From: Gordius albopunctatus
Taxonomy: Eukaryota
DNA length: 64,000 nucleotides
Direction of reading: 5' to 3'
NCBI GenBank assembly: GCA_964276515.1
Contig: OZ193909.1
Location: 2,108,001-2,172,000 of the forward strand
The notes below the pieces were generated by a model. It had not been told where the DNA came from and made no database searches. It saw nothing but the letters and a program-made list of their open reading frames with translations. The first letter of the stretch is position 1; the number at the start of each line of letters is the position of its first letter. The translations under genes were made by a program, and so were the position numbers. Below, piece after piece: positions 12,707 through 27,274 of the stretch.

Positions 12707-13838
12707 ATAGGAATATTTTGAAGTGTGATCCGGACAGCATGGCTGGGTGCCTCACAGCCTCTTTAAATCTGAAGCCGAGTTGATGAGGGCAGAGCTTGGC
12801 GGATAAGGAGGTCTTTATGAGTTTGCAGGGGATTTTTGATATAATACGGCGAAAAAGACTTCCAATGGCAATGGGTCTAACTGAGTTATCCGGTTTTTTG
12901 ATGGCGATAAGTTTTGCACCGAATAAAATAGGGATGATTTCATGAGGAAATTTTCCATTAACAATCATATCACAAAAAGAAGTAATAGAATTTAAAAGAG
13001 GTTCGTTTACTATTTAAATTATTCAAGTTGAGTAAATCTTGTAGATATACTGGGCGCCATCCGTCGAATCCGGCTGCGGAGTCCAAAGGAAAGGAGTTAA
13101 GGGCTTCACGGATGTCTGAAGACTCGAGCACTATTGATGATGGAGATGTGGGTTATTTACTGGCTGAGGATGCTGGTGGGTGTTTTTGATTAAGCTCCCT
13201 ATAAGAGTCAGGGCAACAAGGAGCAATTGAGTTGTTATCATAAAAAGCTCTAAGGGCACTTTTTGGGTTGAAATTATGGATTTATTTGAAATGTGCTTGG
13301 CTGTTTGGTTAATTGTGAATTCGTTTTGTTTTACTTATGCATGTAATGGAATCATCAGTATTAAAACACAGAAGGGATTCCTTGATGATACTTTTTACTC
13401 CACGTATGTTAATCTCTAAACCGCTCTTGTAAGCGACGAATATGCCTTGATAAACACAATTGTTTCTGGATTCATGGCCCAGTGTCTTCAAGATGCCCTT
13501 CTTCGCGCAAATTACCTCCACCCTGCTTACCAATTCCACCTCTGGCTTCTAACCTTTAAGAGGCTCCCATATTGCCAATCCCTAGCCCCGTCATCCCCCC
13601 ATCCTTACAATGCTCCCCATCAATTAATCAACCGCCTGACTCATCTTGGAGCAATTCTTTTTTAACAAATCCATTTCCTAATACTATATCTAGAATCACA
13701 AGAGGAGCCAGACCTTCCATCCAACAATCTCTGCTAAATATATTCACTTCTATTATCAAAAACCCTTATAACATAACTAATTGGGACAAACTTTTTAAAT
13801 TCCCATATTATATCCTTTATGTTAGGGAACCTAATGAA
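12707..13838. mobile_element. Rearranged CRE-like non-LTR retrotransposon fragment (12707-13390 minus, 13397-13838 plus)
   Basis: Both parts closely match the element at 21075-22190; encodes GAKLIAIKKPDNSVRPIAIG and LCPHQLGF. Confidence 0.8.
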
Positions 13839-13879
13839 AATAATTTATTAATTGACTTTTTCTGTTTTAACAATAACAC

Positions 13880-14925
13880 TGCAAAAAGGCATGGGGGGGT
13901 GGTTAAATTAAATTTTTTTCCCTATAGCTGTTTGTCACATTTAGTGGTCAGCTCCTTCAAGAAAGTTCTTTATGTATTCCTGCACTTACACCAGCTTCGC
14001 TTTAGCTCGTACCTTCTCAAGTCCATATCAATTTTATGCTTCCATGTCAGTTTAGGCTCCCTCTCTTTCGCTTACCTTCGACTTGCATTTTCTTGATACG
14101 ATTTGCCTTTCCTCCCGTCTCTCCAAATGGCCATACCATCTCAATCTTCTTACCACCAACTTTCTCTGAATCGGAACTACATTTAGTTTATCCCTTATGT
14201 ATTGATTCCTTATATGGTCCTTTTTGCTTATTCCCAAGATCCATCTCAACATTCGCATCTCCATTGTAGCCAAGCTTTGCTTCTCTTTTGCCTTAATTGC
14301 CCAGGTTTCCGCTCCATACAATACCGTGGGTACAATAACGGTGTTATATAACCGTCCTTTCAATTTGAGTGGTATGTGCTTGTCACATAGGGCACCACTA
14401 AATTCTCTGAATTTTAGCCAGCCTGCGTTTATTCTTGCCTTAATTTCGTATTCCAAACTTCCATCACATTATACCCTAGAACCAAGATATTTGAATTCTT
14501 TTCTGCTGATTAAACACCAGTCATCAATTTGCAAGTGTGTTTCTTTGTATTCATTCCCCGACTCCAAGCATACATATTCCGTTTTATCTCGGTTGACCCT
14601 AAGGCCTTTGCTTTCAATTCTTTCCATCCACACTTTTACCTGCTCTGCTAATTCCACGTTTGAGCCTGCGCACAGGACGATATCATCCGCAAAGAGCATT
14701 GCCTAAGGTGATTCGCATTTCAGGTTCTTCGTTATCAAATCCATTATTGTTATAAAGAGCAATGGACTTAGCGCCGATCCTTGATGCACACCGACATTTA
14801 GACTGAATCCCTTTGATGTACCACTGGATGTCCGTACTTTGGTTTTTGCGTTTCTATACATATCCTTTATCAACATTATATAAGCCACGGGTACATCATT
14901 GGAACTCAAGCTAACCCATATCAAC
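13880..14925 (-). mobile_element. 5'-truncated RTE-clade LINE (RT C-terminal half, disrupted)
   Basis: GVHQGSALSPLLF, LFADD, FKYLG, LKGRLYNTVIVPTVLYGAETW, RLRWYGH. Confidence 0.9.
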
Positions 14926-14983
14926 TAAATTAAATATGGTGGATATATTGTTACGTAGCCTATGGCATGAGCAGTCTATGTAG

Positions 14984-15188
14984 TAGTGTTGTAAAAACGG
15001 CCGGGTTTTGTTTGTTCGATCTTTGGTTTTAGTCGACTAATCATCAACAAACCAAAGATTTTTTGGTCTCATTTTCTTAGTCGCATAAAAAGATTAAATA
15101 TTTGACCAAAAAACCTTTGGTCTGATTATGTTAAGTTGACTTAAACCAAAGGTCGACCAACCAAACCCCACCCGTTTTTACAACACTA
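14984..15188. mobile_element. hAT-like MITE with TAGTGTTGTAAAA TIRs
   Basis: TAGTGTTGTAAAAACGG...CCGTTTTTACAACACTA. Related copies near 41530, 43372-43468, 44646-44742 and 60513-60681. Confidence 0.7.
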
Positions 15189-15199
15189 CTTTGTATTCT

Positions 15200-15430
15200 T
15201 TGAGTGTATAATCCTGTCAAACATAAGGGCCATATCGTCTTTACTTCAATGCCGCAGTAAACAAACTTTTTAACAATAAGGCTGATTTCCTTCCGTCATA
15301 GAACCCACTCTATGCGAAGATAACAAAAGGCCTAATGACCAAATTCTAACTGATTGCCAAAAAGGACTCTGTTTGGCATAGGACTTCACTTATTACCATG
15401 ACTTGGTGCCATTTCACCTCTCGCTTACGC
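15200..15430 (+). mobile_element. Degenerate CRE-like restriction-like endonuclease fragment
   Basis: EDNKRPNDQILTDCQKGLCLA*DFT resembles the RLE motif KRPDGxTxxPWxxGxxLxWDxT. Confidence 0.4.
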
Positions 15431-16292
15431 TAATTTCAAAAAACGTTCATTTTGCCCCCCCCCAAATAATTTTTGCCCCCCTCTAATTCCAATACTGGCT
15501 ACGCCCATGCACCCATAGCTCCCAATCTGGGAACATAGGTTTAGATTTTAAAACTTTTATTATAAGATTAACTTTTTCAATTCGGACCCATAATCACTAA
15601 AGGCCATAGAACCTAATATATTTCCCAACTAGATGCAAACACTAAAATTAAATTTTAAAAATAGCAAATATACATAAATATTTATATTGTATATATATTT
15701 TAAATATACATGCACAAAAGCTTCTATACAGCTAATAAATAAACATAAGTGAGTTTAAGCTTACATATAGATGCGTTTAATAAATTGAGATTTTATAAAG
15801 TTTTATATTAACTATTATAAGATTAAAACGACTTTAGCCATACTAAAACTTATTTAAAAGAGGATTAATCATGTATTGTTATTAAGAGATACATAAAAAC
15901 CCATTTAATAAATTGTAATACTAATAACATTAAGTTCTATATAAGCTATAATATACGATGTCTTCCGCCATGCTAAGATATATAGAGCAAAAAGGTAAAC
16001 ATAAGTATGTTATTAGAGAATACATATAAGCTAGCATATTATAAATTGAAACCCTTATAATATAAATAAGAATACATTTGTTGATGATTGGGATAAATCA
16101 TTAATAAGCTGCTATTTGAAAAAGTAAGCCTTACATTGCTTAAATACATATGCATTCTTTTCTTATGACAATAATTATAATTAACATATATTATCGTAAA
16201 CTTTTAGCTCAAGGAGGATAATAATATGACAGTTTATATAAGCAAACATATACTACAGTATTGATTGCTATAATAATAGATCTATATCAACC

Positions 16293-18890
16293 TTTTCTTC
16301 TTCTTCTTTATCAGTTATTTTGTCCCACATTGGTGGGGTTTGTTTTGATAAGTTTTTTTCATCTTGACCGGGTGAGTGCCATGTCTTGACTAATCTCTTT
16401 AGTTTCCATAACTTTATCGATATGCCCTTTCAATGTGACACGGGGTCGTCTTTTTCCTATCTTCCCCGGTACCTCCATGTCCAGTACCTTTCGATTTACG
16501 TCATCCGTATCACTTCTTAGTATATGTCCATACCACCTTAGCCGATTTTCGTTAATCATGTCCGCCATAGGTTGAATACCTATTTTTGTCATGAGAAAGT
16601 CATTCGTCATATGATCGAGCTTAGTATACTCTAAGCTCTACCGTATCATTCTCATCTCTGTGGTTTGTAATAGCTTTAATTCCGTGGTGTTTAATGCCCA
16701 TGTTTCACTTCCATAGAGTAACACTGGTCTTACGATGGATTTGTAAGCTTTGCTCTTCAACCATATTGGCATTTTCTTGTCGCACATTACACCGGATATA
16801 CTTCGTCATTTAAGCCATCCTTTTTGGATCCGGGCATTGACTTTCGTTGCGCAACCTCCCTCTTGATGTAGCATCTAGCCGAGGTATGTGAACCTGTCTA
16901 CTTTTGGGTACTTTAGATGGTCATCCAGCGATGGGGTGCCTATACCGTTCATTTTCATGTATGCCGTTTTTCGATCGTTGACCTTTAAACCATATCCAGC
17001 TAAGCGCTTTGACCACTTTTCGGCTTCTTCGAATACTTTCTCCCTTGTTTGCTCGCATAGTAATATATCATCGGCATATAGCGTACACCATGGCGATGGC
17101 TTTTGAATGTCCCTCGTTATCGTGTCCATAATTATATTAAATAAATAGGGACTTAAAGTAGAGCCTTGATGTACCAAAGGGTTTAGAGTATCCAATTGTT
17201 GTCCTAACGCAAGAGTTTGAAGCTTCATAAATATTTTTCATAAGCCGTATATATGCGTCAGGTATATTTTGTTTCCTCTGGCACCACCATATTAAATCGC
17301 GGGGGACCGTGTCATAAGCTTTCTCCAAGTCGATAAAAACCATATGTAGGTCTTTCCTCTTTTCACCATACTCATCCATCATTTGTCTTAGGGCGAAGAT
17401 TGGGTCGATTGTGGATTTGCCGGCCACGAATCCGAATTGATTAGCCGATATTTCCATCTCGCTTTTGAGCCTTGTTATTAAGATCCTTTCCAAAAGCTTC
17501 AAGGAGTGGCAAGTTAGCTTGATACCTCTGTAATTGCCGCAGTCCTGAGGGTCTCCTTTGCCTTTAAATAATGGTATAATCGTGCTTGCTCTCCATTGAT
17601 TAGGGATTCGCTCTTCTACCAATATCTTGTTAAGGAGGTTCGTCATGGTGGTGACTCCTTCTTCACGACATCCGAGCAATGCTTCCATAGGTATTTCATC
17701 TGGACCATTTTCCTTTTTGCATCTTGTTCATTTGTGTCCTAACTTCATCCTCCTGAAAGAGTTTGACCATACTTATAGTTGGCTCAATTTCGGGAAGGCA
17801 ATCCTTGCATTTGCAATATTCATAAGTTTCTTGAAATATCCTTTCCATCTTTCCATCACTTCATTCGGCTTGAATAAGGTTTAAACCTTCTCGCTTTTGA
17901 CTATTTTAAGAACTCCGACATCGCAACTTTTCTTCTCCCTTATCTTGGCCAATTTGTACATAAGCTAATCGCCCCCTTTATGATCCAGTTTGTTTGCCAT
18001 CTCGGTGTACAGAGCATTCTTCGCTTTTGCAACGGCCTTTTTTGCGACCCTCTTTGGGTGCCCGTACTTTTGATAATCCTCCGACTTTTTTGATTTATGC
18101 CACCGTCTATATAGATTTTTCTTTATTTCGATGAAATCTTTAACCGATTGATCCCACCACCATAGTTCCCTATTCATAGCTTTGCCTCCTTTGGTCTGTC
18201 CTAGAACACGAATCGCTGTTTCCTTAATGTCCTTAGATAGCGTCTCCCAATCGTCGTCTACGTCCCTTTGCAACTTCCTTGCACCCAATAGTGAGCAGGT
18301 TTTTTGATGGTATTCTTTGTTCGTCGACGTATCCTTTAGCCTTTTGTATCGAATTCGAGGTTCATAGACCTTTCTTCTTTCGGGAAATACTCTTCTGTCA
18401 AGATCCATAACAAGGTAACGATGTTGTCTGGCGATTTCTTCTCCCGGTATTACTTTGCAATCCTTGATACTCCATAAGTCCTTTCGCCGTATAAGCAAAT
18501 AGTCGATTTGACTAAAATGCTTTCCACTTCTATAGGTCACAATATGATCTTCGCGCTTTTGAAAATAGGTGTTAACGATGAATCTGGTGCAAAATCTAAT
18601 ATGTGCAAAATCTAATAATGTATTATTCGTATTTTAGAAATTGAGACCGGTTTTCATGCATATTCATACGCATGTAATATGTACTAAAAAAGTACGTAAT
18701 AAAAGGATACTATAATTGTTAATTGAAACAAAATAAGTTATATCAAAATGTATAATACTATTTTATAAATAAATAAATATTATCAAATAAATCACTAAAT
18801 CTAACCCTAACCCTTGCCTATATTAGATTTTGCACATATTAGATTTTGTACAGAAGTGTTAACGATCGCCATGTCATATGCTTGGGATAC
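16293..18890 (-). mobile_element. RTE-clade LINE (AP-endonuclease end plus RT, pseudogenised), with (AAG)n-like tail
   Basis: IVNTYFQK, SQIDYLL, KGDPQDCGNYRGIKL, NQFGF, FIDLEKAYD, HQGSTLSP, YADD, RLRWYGH. (TTC)n on + at about 16296-16308. Confidence 0.92.
18580..18855. mobile_element. TIR MITE (Mutator-like) inserted in the RTE endonuclease region
   Basis: TIR core GTGCAAAATCTAATATGTGCAAAATCTAATA. GTGTTAACGAT duplicated at 18569-18579 and 18856-18866. Removing the insert restores the RTE frame YDMAIVNTYFQKRED. Confidence 0.75.
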
Positions 18891-19146
18891 TATTTGTATA
18901 AAATACAATTTTGAGTTGCCTATGAGATTTCTTAATGCATATTTTTGTCACTCTAAAATTATATTTAATAAGCAAAATTCAAATTATACATTTACAAATA
19001 AACTTCTGACTATGTATATGTGATTTATGAAAAATTTATTTATTACAATTAACATTTTACATGAAATTGGTCAATCATACAACCTAATCTATTATTAAAG
19101 CATACAATACTGTAACATATCTTTGCCTATATATACTGTCTTATAT

Positions 19147-19570
19147 TAACCCTCGAGAGCCCTCCTGAAAATCCCGAACGCGAGAGCATTCGTGGGGTAT
19201 ATTTGACCCCATTTTTTAACTTCTTATAACTTTTTAAATATTTTTTTTAACCTTTCAAATTTTAAATATGTGTTTATAAAGGTCTTAAGATTGATGGTAT
19301 ATATTTTGATATAAATCTAATCAACATTACAAAACTTATTAACGATTTTCTTGACCCTCATTTTTATTTTGACTATTTTAGAGTTTTACCTCTTGACATC
19401 ATATACCTTAAAATAAATAAAAATAAACGTGATTTATTAAAAGAATGTCCAAAATATATTAAAAATACAAATTGTAAAAGATATCATCAAACAAAAAAAA
19501 TACATACATTTTTTCCAATAGAAAAAAACTTACGTGAGAGCATTCGTGGGGTACACAGGACCCCTGTGGC
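19147..19570 (+). mobile_element. Possible left end of a piggyBac-like non-autonomous element
   Basis: TTAA|CCCT start; internal repeat GAGAGCATTCGTGGGGTA at about 19182 and 19535. No matching right end found. Confidence 0.3.
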
Positions 19571-21074
19571 CAAATAGATGCTATATTTTAAAAAGTAGTG
19601 GGCCAAAAGTTATGAAATTTTCCTGAAACTTAGTTCTTGGTAAAATATTAGGCTACTGAAAAGGCCAGATCAATTCGCTTTTAAATGCGTTTTATATTTA
19701 AGTGTTAAACAATTTTAACCTTCACCATCCTATATTTTACCATAATATATGTTACTATTTATTGTCATAAAATAATGCAATTTGTGCAGTGCAAGGCTTA
19801 ATTTATTAAATAAATGCATATTAATAATTTTGCCTTATGATAAATCTATGTATCTTCATTTATGTTATATGGGCTTTAATTTATTATATTCTAGCTTATA
19901 TGTATTGTCTAATAACAAACTTCTGTTTACCTATTTGCTCTATATTTCTTAGCATGATAGAAGATATTGTATATTATAGCAAATATACATTTTTATATAA
20001 TTACAATTTATTAAATGCATTTATATGTATTGCTTAATAACAAATTTATGTTTAATCCTCTTTTATATAGGTTTTAGTATGGTATTAAAAATTAATAAAA
20101 CTAACAAACCGTTCAATGAAAATACTATGTAAAGATAATAACTAAAAAAGATTAAAATGCTTACTCATTGCTGTATAGTATAATATTTACAACAACTTAA
20201 TAGATATAAATTTGGTCACATAGCACATAACATTTTGCACAATTAAAATAGATTTAATCATATACATAAAAATTTTTGCATTTTATTCAAAACAAAAGTA
20301 TAAACTTAAAACTGATTTTACAATAAACAATGTGACTAATGGCACTCAAACCAAATTGTGGAACTTTTTTCCCCAATGAGAGATATATGTATGTTGGGAA
20401 TAACACCTAAAATTTTAAGTTTGTCATATCCATAATATAATATTACCTCCCTCAACTATAGTTGCCTTAATTAGGTAATATCTTTTACCTCAAGTTTACA
20501 ACTATTGCCTAATATTTTTATTATCTTTAAGAATATATCAATGAATAATGTTAGAATTCGTTATTTTACATTAATAAATATAATGACTAAGCAACAGAAG
20601 AACTAGTTTATGTTATGTCCTATGTTTTGGAAATTTCTCAAAGGTTCTGATTGGTTTCGGAATTTTGGCCATTAGTTCTTTTGGCCAGATATGGCTCAAT
20701 TACAACCAGCAGCAACAATTATATATTATGAGGATGAATTAATCAATGCTAGTTATTCCAGATATACCTCACATTTGCACAATATTTATTTATTATCAAA
20801 ATTCTACTTTTAAATATATTTTTAGTTCCATGTTTACAAACACTTTATAATGCTTTCCATATCATAAAAGGTAATAAATTTATACCCTACAAGCTTTAAT
20901 ATGACCTTTATTGAATCCTTTGAGCAATTTTTTTCTAATATCATACAATTAATAATACTTTTCCCAAATACTGTTTTGTATTATTAAACTCGCATAAATC
21001 GTATAAATCATATAGCTTTAAAATTTAATATAATCCAAATTTTAATATCAATTGTTCAACCTCATCAAAAATTT

Positions 21075-23906
21075 TTATTCCACGTATGTTAATATCTAAA
21101 CCACTATGCCCAACTTGTAAGCGACGAATATGCCTTGATAAACACAATTGTTTTTGGATTCATGGCCCTGTGTCTTCAAGATGCCCTTCTTCTGGCAAAT
21201 TACATCCACCCTGCTTACCAATTCCAGCCCTGGCTTCTAACTTTGAAGAGGCTCCCCTATTGCCAATTCCTTACCCCGTCATCCCCCCCACCCTTACAAT
21301 TCTTCCTATCAATTAATCAACCGCCTGACTCATCTTGGAGTAATTCTTTTTTAATAAATCCAATTCCTAATATTATCTCTAGAATCCCAAGAGGAGCCAG
21401 ACCTTCCATCCAACAATCTCTGCTAAATTTATTCACTTCTATTATCAAAAACCCTTATAATTTAACTAATTGGGACAACCTTTTTAAATTTTCATATCAT
21501 ATCCTTTATGTTAGGGAACCTAATGAACACATTTCATTAAGTCTCATCAAGGAATCCCTTCTGTGTTTTAATAATGCACAAGTAAAACAAAACCCTTTCC
21601 ACAGGAATTCTCAAAACCAAACTGCCAAGCACATCTCAAATAAAATCCATAATTTCAACCCAAAAAGTGCCCTTAGAGCTTTTTGTGATAATAACTCAAT
21701 TGCCCCTTGTTGCCCTGACTCTTATAGGGAGCTTAATCAAAAACACCCACCAGCATCCTCAGCCAGTAAATACTCCACATCTCCATCATCAATAGTGCTT
21801 GAGTCTTCAGACATCCGTGAAGCCCTTAACTCCTTTCCTTTGGACTCCGCAGCAGGACTTGAGGGATGGCGCCCAGTATATCTACAAGATTTACTCAACT
21901 GAAATAATTTAAATACTGAACCTCTTTTAAATTCTATTACTTCTTTATGTAATATCATTGTTAATGGAAAATTTCCTCATGAAATCATCCCTATTTTATT
22001 CGGTGCCAAACTAATCGCCATCAAAAAACCGGATAACTCAGTTAGACCCATTGCTATTGGAAGTCTTCTGCAAACTCATAAAACCCCCCTTGTCCGCTAA
22101 GCTCTGCCCTCATCAACTCGGCTTCGGAATTAAAGGCGGCTGTAAGGCAGCCAACCATTCTGGCCGGATCACACTTCAAAATATTCCTACCGAGTCCTGC
22201 TTTGCTAAATTAGATTTCGGCAATGCTTTTAACAGCATATGAAGAGAAACCCTTATTAACACCTTTTTAGCTGAATTCCCATAATTTTTAAATTACATTT
22301 TATTAAGCTATGGTTCTACAACCAAGCTTCGATTCGGCGATACGTCATTGACTCGTCCGAAGGCATCCAAGAAGGAGATCCATTAGGCCCTCTTGTATTT
22401 TGTTTAGCCATTCATAATTTATTCGATGCTATATCATCTCAGTGTACCCTCGATTTAAATGTTTGTTATCTCGACGACGCTACCCTATGTGGCTGCCCGG
22501 AGAATATTAGTAAAACTATAGAAATTATCAACAATTTTGAACCTACTCTAAATCTTAAATCAAACTCGAAAAAATGTGAAATCTATCAGGTCCCTAACAC
22601 TATTGACTTTCAAATTTTTAAAACCTTTTTAGTTTTAGAGAGAAAACATATCCATTTTGGGATCACCCATTGGCGGAGAAAAATCTCTTTTAATTTTTCT
22701 TCATAAAAACCTTGAAATTTTAAAATCTAAAACAAAACATTTAGAATGCTTGCCTGGGCATCACTATTTTTACATAATCAAAAACTATTTTACCATTTCA
22801 AAAATTGATCATTGTTTTCGCTCATCTGGTTCATTTTTACACCCAGAAGTTTTAAAGTCGTACGAAAGCTTTTTAAAAATTTTATTAGAAAAAATTTAAA
22901 ATTTAATACTAATAATTGGATTCAAGCATCCCTTTCAACCAAATCTGGAGGATTGGGAATTCGTCCTCCCGGCAGCATATCGTTAGCTGCTTTTATTTCC
23001 TCTTTTAAGTTTGTCCAAAATTTAATTTTTAATCTCACAACACATGATTCCGTTCCGACCCTCTGTAACTCAAGACTTAGAGCTTAGGAATTTTAATGTC
23101 ACACCCGAGACCATTAAACCTCAGAGTACGAGACAAAAGGATTGGGATTCTGGACTCGTATCGCGCTCCGCTGATTAACTTTTATCGAGCAGCGATGATA
23201 GCCAGCATTACAACCTTAGGTCCTTCGCTTTTGATGGTTTAGGTCACGAGTGGCTTGAAGCCTATCCCAGCAAACTTTTGGGAATGCTGCTTAAAGACTT
23301 TGAGCTATCATATTCTATAGCTTTAAGGTTGGGGATCAGTTACAGCAAAGAATTTAATTGTCGAAACTGTCTTTCCAATGTAGACGAATATGCTAGGTAC
23401 CCTCTACACTGCCTAGCAAACAAATATAAATATGTTAGGCACACTAAAGCCAATTTATTGATTCAAACTGCCCCTAAAGAGGCAAAAAATCCCTCAAATG
23501 GGATTTTACTTGTATTGACCCATTTGCCCCTTCCCATTTTAATTACGACCCTATCGCTACAGCAGAAGGGCGTAAAACTACCAAGTATTCTGCCCTTTTG
23601 GCATCCAACATTTTTATCCCTGTCGTTGCCTCGTTCTCCGGTTCCTTTGGCAAACAGGCAATGCGGTTTTTAAAGAAATCGGAAAACGCACCCCAAAATC
23701 TAAAATTTCTGCGTCCTTTTTACTCAGGCAACAACTAGGGATTCTTGTTGTACGATACAACTTTAAATCCTTTGCCGCCTCATGGCCCATTTTAGAAGAT
23801 AATGATATAGATCTTTGTATTTAACCAATATGTCTTTCTTTATTTTTGTATTTCGCTTATTTATGTAACTTTGTTTCGTGAAAATAAACTTTTTAACCAA
23901 AAAAAT
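21075..23906 (+). mobile_element. CRE-like non-LTR retrotransposon (RT plus RLE), pseudogenised
   Basis: SAAGLEGWRP, GAKLIAIKKP..RPIA, HQLGFG, KLDFGNAFNSI, EGDPLGP, YLDD, GGLGIR, LRLG..CxxC..LHC..RH knuckle. AATAAA at 23883 followed by an A-run. Confidence 0.85.
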
Positions 23907-25611
23907 GGTAAAATTTGAAACAATTTTAAATTTAAATGAAGTATAGTTGGTATATAATGCAAAAGAAAACTACCTAATAATGCATAACAGAATCATATTT
24001 TAACGCTGTATATATAATGGATTAAAAGTTCCCACCCAAAAAAACAATTATCGTACCAGTGGCAAATTTAACAATTGATATGTTTGGACGTTTTTAATAA
24101 ATATAAATTTTAGAATGAGATTTATTAAATCTTAGTTGTATATCTGAAATACAAAATCTATCCAAAATAATATTTTTTACTTTCTGGATTAACCTTCATA
24201 AATGCAAAAAATGGCAATTTAATTTGGTATGGTTCATTTCTTCGCCTTAAACGAGAAAAATATTTTGATTTTGAAGCGTGTGCAAAAATGGAGATAATAA
24301 TATTTATTGATTTTGTTTTGAATATTCAAGCAGATAAATGCACTAAAATGGAATAAGGAAAATAAATATTGTGTTTGATTGCAAAAATTAGATATTTAGC
24401 ATATTTAATTGAAGTAATACGGTAAATCTTAAAACTAAAACTTCTATGATTATAATTATAAACCATGTAATATAAATTTTCTAAATTAATTAACTAACTA
24501 TACCTATAAGAGCGTTTCCATAGGGTGAGGCAATGCCATATATGGAGGTTATAATTAGCATGACTCCGAAAAAGAGGTAATAATAAAAATTAAACCTAAA
24601 AAGTTTCGGTGGGAAATCACTTTCTGGTTCAGTCATAGCGCGTAAATTTGTCTATAATCCATCAATCAATATCAAAAGAATTCCTAATTTTGTGATGAAC
24701 ATTTTTCGCCAATTCCTATACAAAATTTGATAATTCGTATCATTTTGAAATTTTCGTCTAAATTTTTCGAGTTATGGGTACTAATAACTTTCATAAATGA
24801 CTAAATTTTCTAAATTTCCATCAAATCCAAGCAAGGGTATTTAATTGATTCACATCCTTGGAATTAGCAATAAATCGCCAAAAGTCCTAAGTCAAGTAAT
24901 TGGGCGATAATTTTGCAAAGATTTATACAAATCGCTAGCTAGACCTGGGATGAGATTACAGTGAGGAGGTTAGGAGGCTAATTTATGCAAGATTAAAAAT
25001 TACTAAAAACTTAAAGAGATTTTCACTGAGGATCGGGGGCGGATAGATGGTCTGATAAATCAATAGTTTATGATCGGGCGGGTTTCTGATTAAATTTGTG
25101 CCTCTTTAGTATATATACACAATACTATTTTTCGTTTTAGTAATTGAAAATGACACAAGGTTGAGGGGGGTCGGGATGAAGAGTGATTTTGATTTCACAC
25201 ATTTCAATGATGAAATTTTTTAATTACTTTTGACTTATGGATTTTGCCATTCCAATAATGCCGAGATGGATTGGGGGGGGGTTAACGTTGGGGGAGAGGG
25301 TTAATACTAAGGAAAAAGGGATTATTCAATATCCATTAATGAACTGATTTAATATTTATTAATTCCTAAGGTCAAAACAAACGAAAATCGGACAAGGTAC
25401 ATTAAAGTCAATTAAAAGGTTAATAGGATAGGCTTTTTCGAAATTCGCGAATTTTTGTTTAAAATTAATGATATGAAGGCAATCATAGTTTTAAGTGTCT
25501 CTTAATAGCGTTAGCCTATTCATATTTAGTATTTGAGTTTTATAAATGGGAAACGCTTAATTTAACATATAACTTTGAATTAAAATTTAAAAAAATTATT
25601 TAATTTAAGTA

Positions 25612-27274
25612 GGGGAGACCGGGGCTATCGTGGCCATAAAAAATCAAACAGGCCTGGACAAAAATTTTCAACCGATTTTTATATAATTTGTTCAAAAAAA
25701 TGTTCTTGCCCACAATTTTTATTATAGGAAAAAATATTATGGCAATACAGCTAATAGATTTTTTATAGAAAGGTTTCAAAAAACAGACAACTCGTATAAC
25801 TTCGAAAAATGACCGGGGTTAAGGTGACCTTCAAAAGGGGCTAGAGTCTCCTCTATAATTTAAAGTTTAAATAGTATAAATAACTTAAATGATGTGCTTA
25901 AATATTAAAAGTTTGTCTTTTGTAGTATATCAAATATCATATAATAATTTATGATTTCTAAACATATTTAGTTTCATACAATAATTTATAATTGCTATAA
26001 TATTATAAGTTTGTTTTTTAAAGCTATAAAATTTCATATAATAAATTATAATATTGCTATTTATAATATTGCTATATATTAAAAGTTTGTCTTTTATAGC
26101 TTATAAAGTTTCATATGATATTTTATAATATTGTTAAATATTAAGTTCGTCTTTTATAGCTTATAATATAAAGTTTCATATGATATTTTATAATATTGTT
26201 TAATATTAAGTTTGTCTTTTATAGCTTATAATATAAAGTTTCATATGATAATTTATAATATTGTTAAATAGTAAGTTTGTCTTTTATAGCTTATAAAGCT
26301 TCATAAACAGAATATAAAGTAAATGTGTTTTTACAGAGATTATTAAGTTGAAATCATTGATTTTAATGTTTTATTAATATAAAAGTGTCACATAAACTTG
26401 ACAATCATGAAATGGAATTAAAGTTTAAATTTAGTGCATACTGGAGTCCTTAATAAAATCAGGTCTTTTAATAAAAGATGAAAACCAATCAGCACCTGCT
26501 CATTCATATTCTACCCATGAATTAGGCATTGATAAATTAAACTGTAAATGATATAGACTAAGTGCATGGCATAAATTGCAGAAACATAAGTTTATACAGG
26601 CTTTATAAAGTTTCAAATGATAATTTTATTATCAGATATTTGTGTTTTTTATGTTAAAATTAATGACTTAAGGGAATTTGCTTAAATTGTAAAAATACTA
26701 AAAAGTTTATAACCTATTAATATAAAGCTTTATAAAATGATTTAAAAAAAGTGCCTTTCCTAAGATTTTTGTTTTAGAATCAATGATTTAAATGCTTTCT
26801 TGATACCAAAATGTCATATTAAGTGGATAATTATCAAAAATGGAATTAAGATATACATCTATTGCACCATATTAAATAATGAATGAGTGAAAGGAAAACG
26901 ATAGCCACGGCCGCGATAGCCCCAGCATGATCATTGCACTTTAAGTTGTTTTTATAGCTGATTAAACTCGTCAAATTTATAAATTTACACATAAATATAG
27001 TAAAAGAGTCAATGCTTATTGCTTTAGTATATGTTTAAAGTTGGCGGAACAATTAATTTGTGAATAATTGACAAAATTGGAAAATTTCAAAAAGGACGTT
27101 TTAGCCCCGAAAAATCTTATTTTCTGCATAATTTTTTTGTAACAAAAGTTAACCCAAATATTTTTTGTGCCTAATATGTGCCTTAATAAAGTACATTTAA
27201 GATTAAAATTTGAGGTCAAAATAAGCATAAATGACAAAATTAATTGAGAGGACGTGTATAGCCCCGGTCTCCCC
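25612..27274. mobile_element. Non-autonomous TIR DNA transposon with TA TSD (Tc1/mariner/pogo-like); internal AT-rich tandem repeats at about 25900-26300
   Basis: TA|GGGGAGACCGGGGCTAT ... ATAGCCCCGGTCTCCCC|TA. A related left end lies at 59367. Confidence 0.85.

Noticed and set aside
14036..14706. Plus-strand ORFs over the RTE fragment (similarly 16888-17884)
   Set aside because: Antisense shadows of reverse-transcriptase coding sequence.
18800..18813. Telomere or interstitial telomeric array
   Set aside because: Only two units, inside a MITE.
19147..25303. Single large piggyBac from TTAACCCT to AGGGTTAA
   Set aside because: Only about 9 bp of terminal match and no transposase between; insufficient support.
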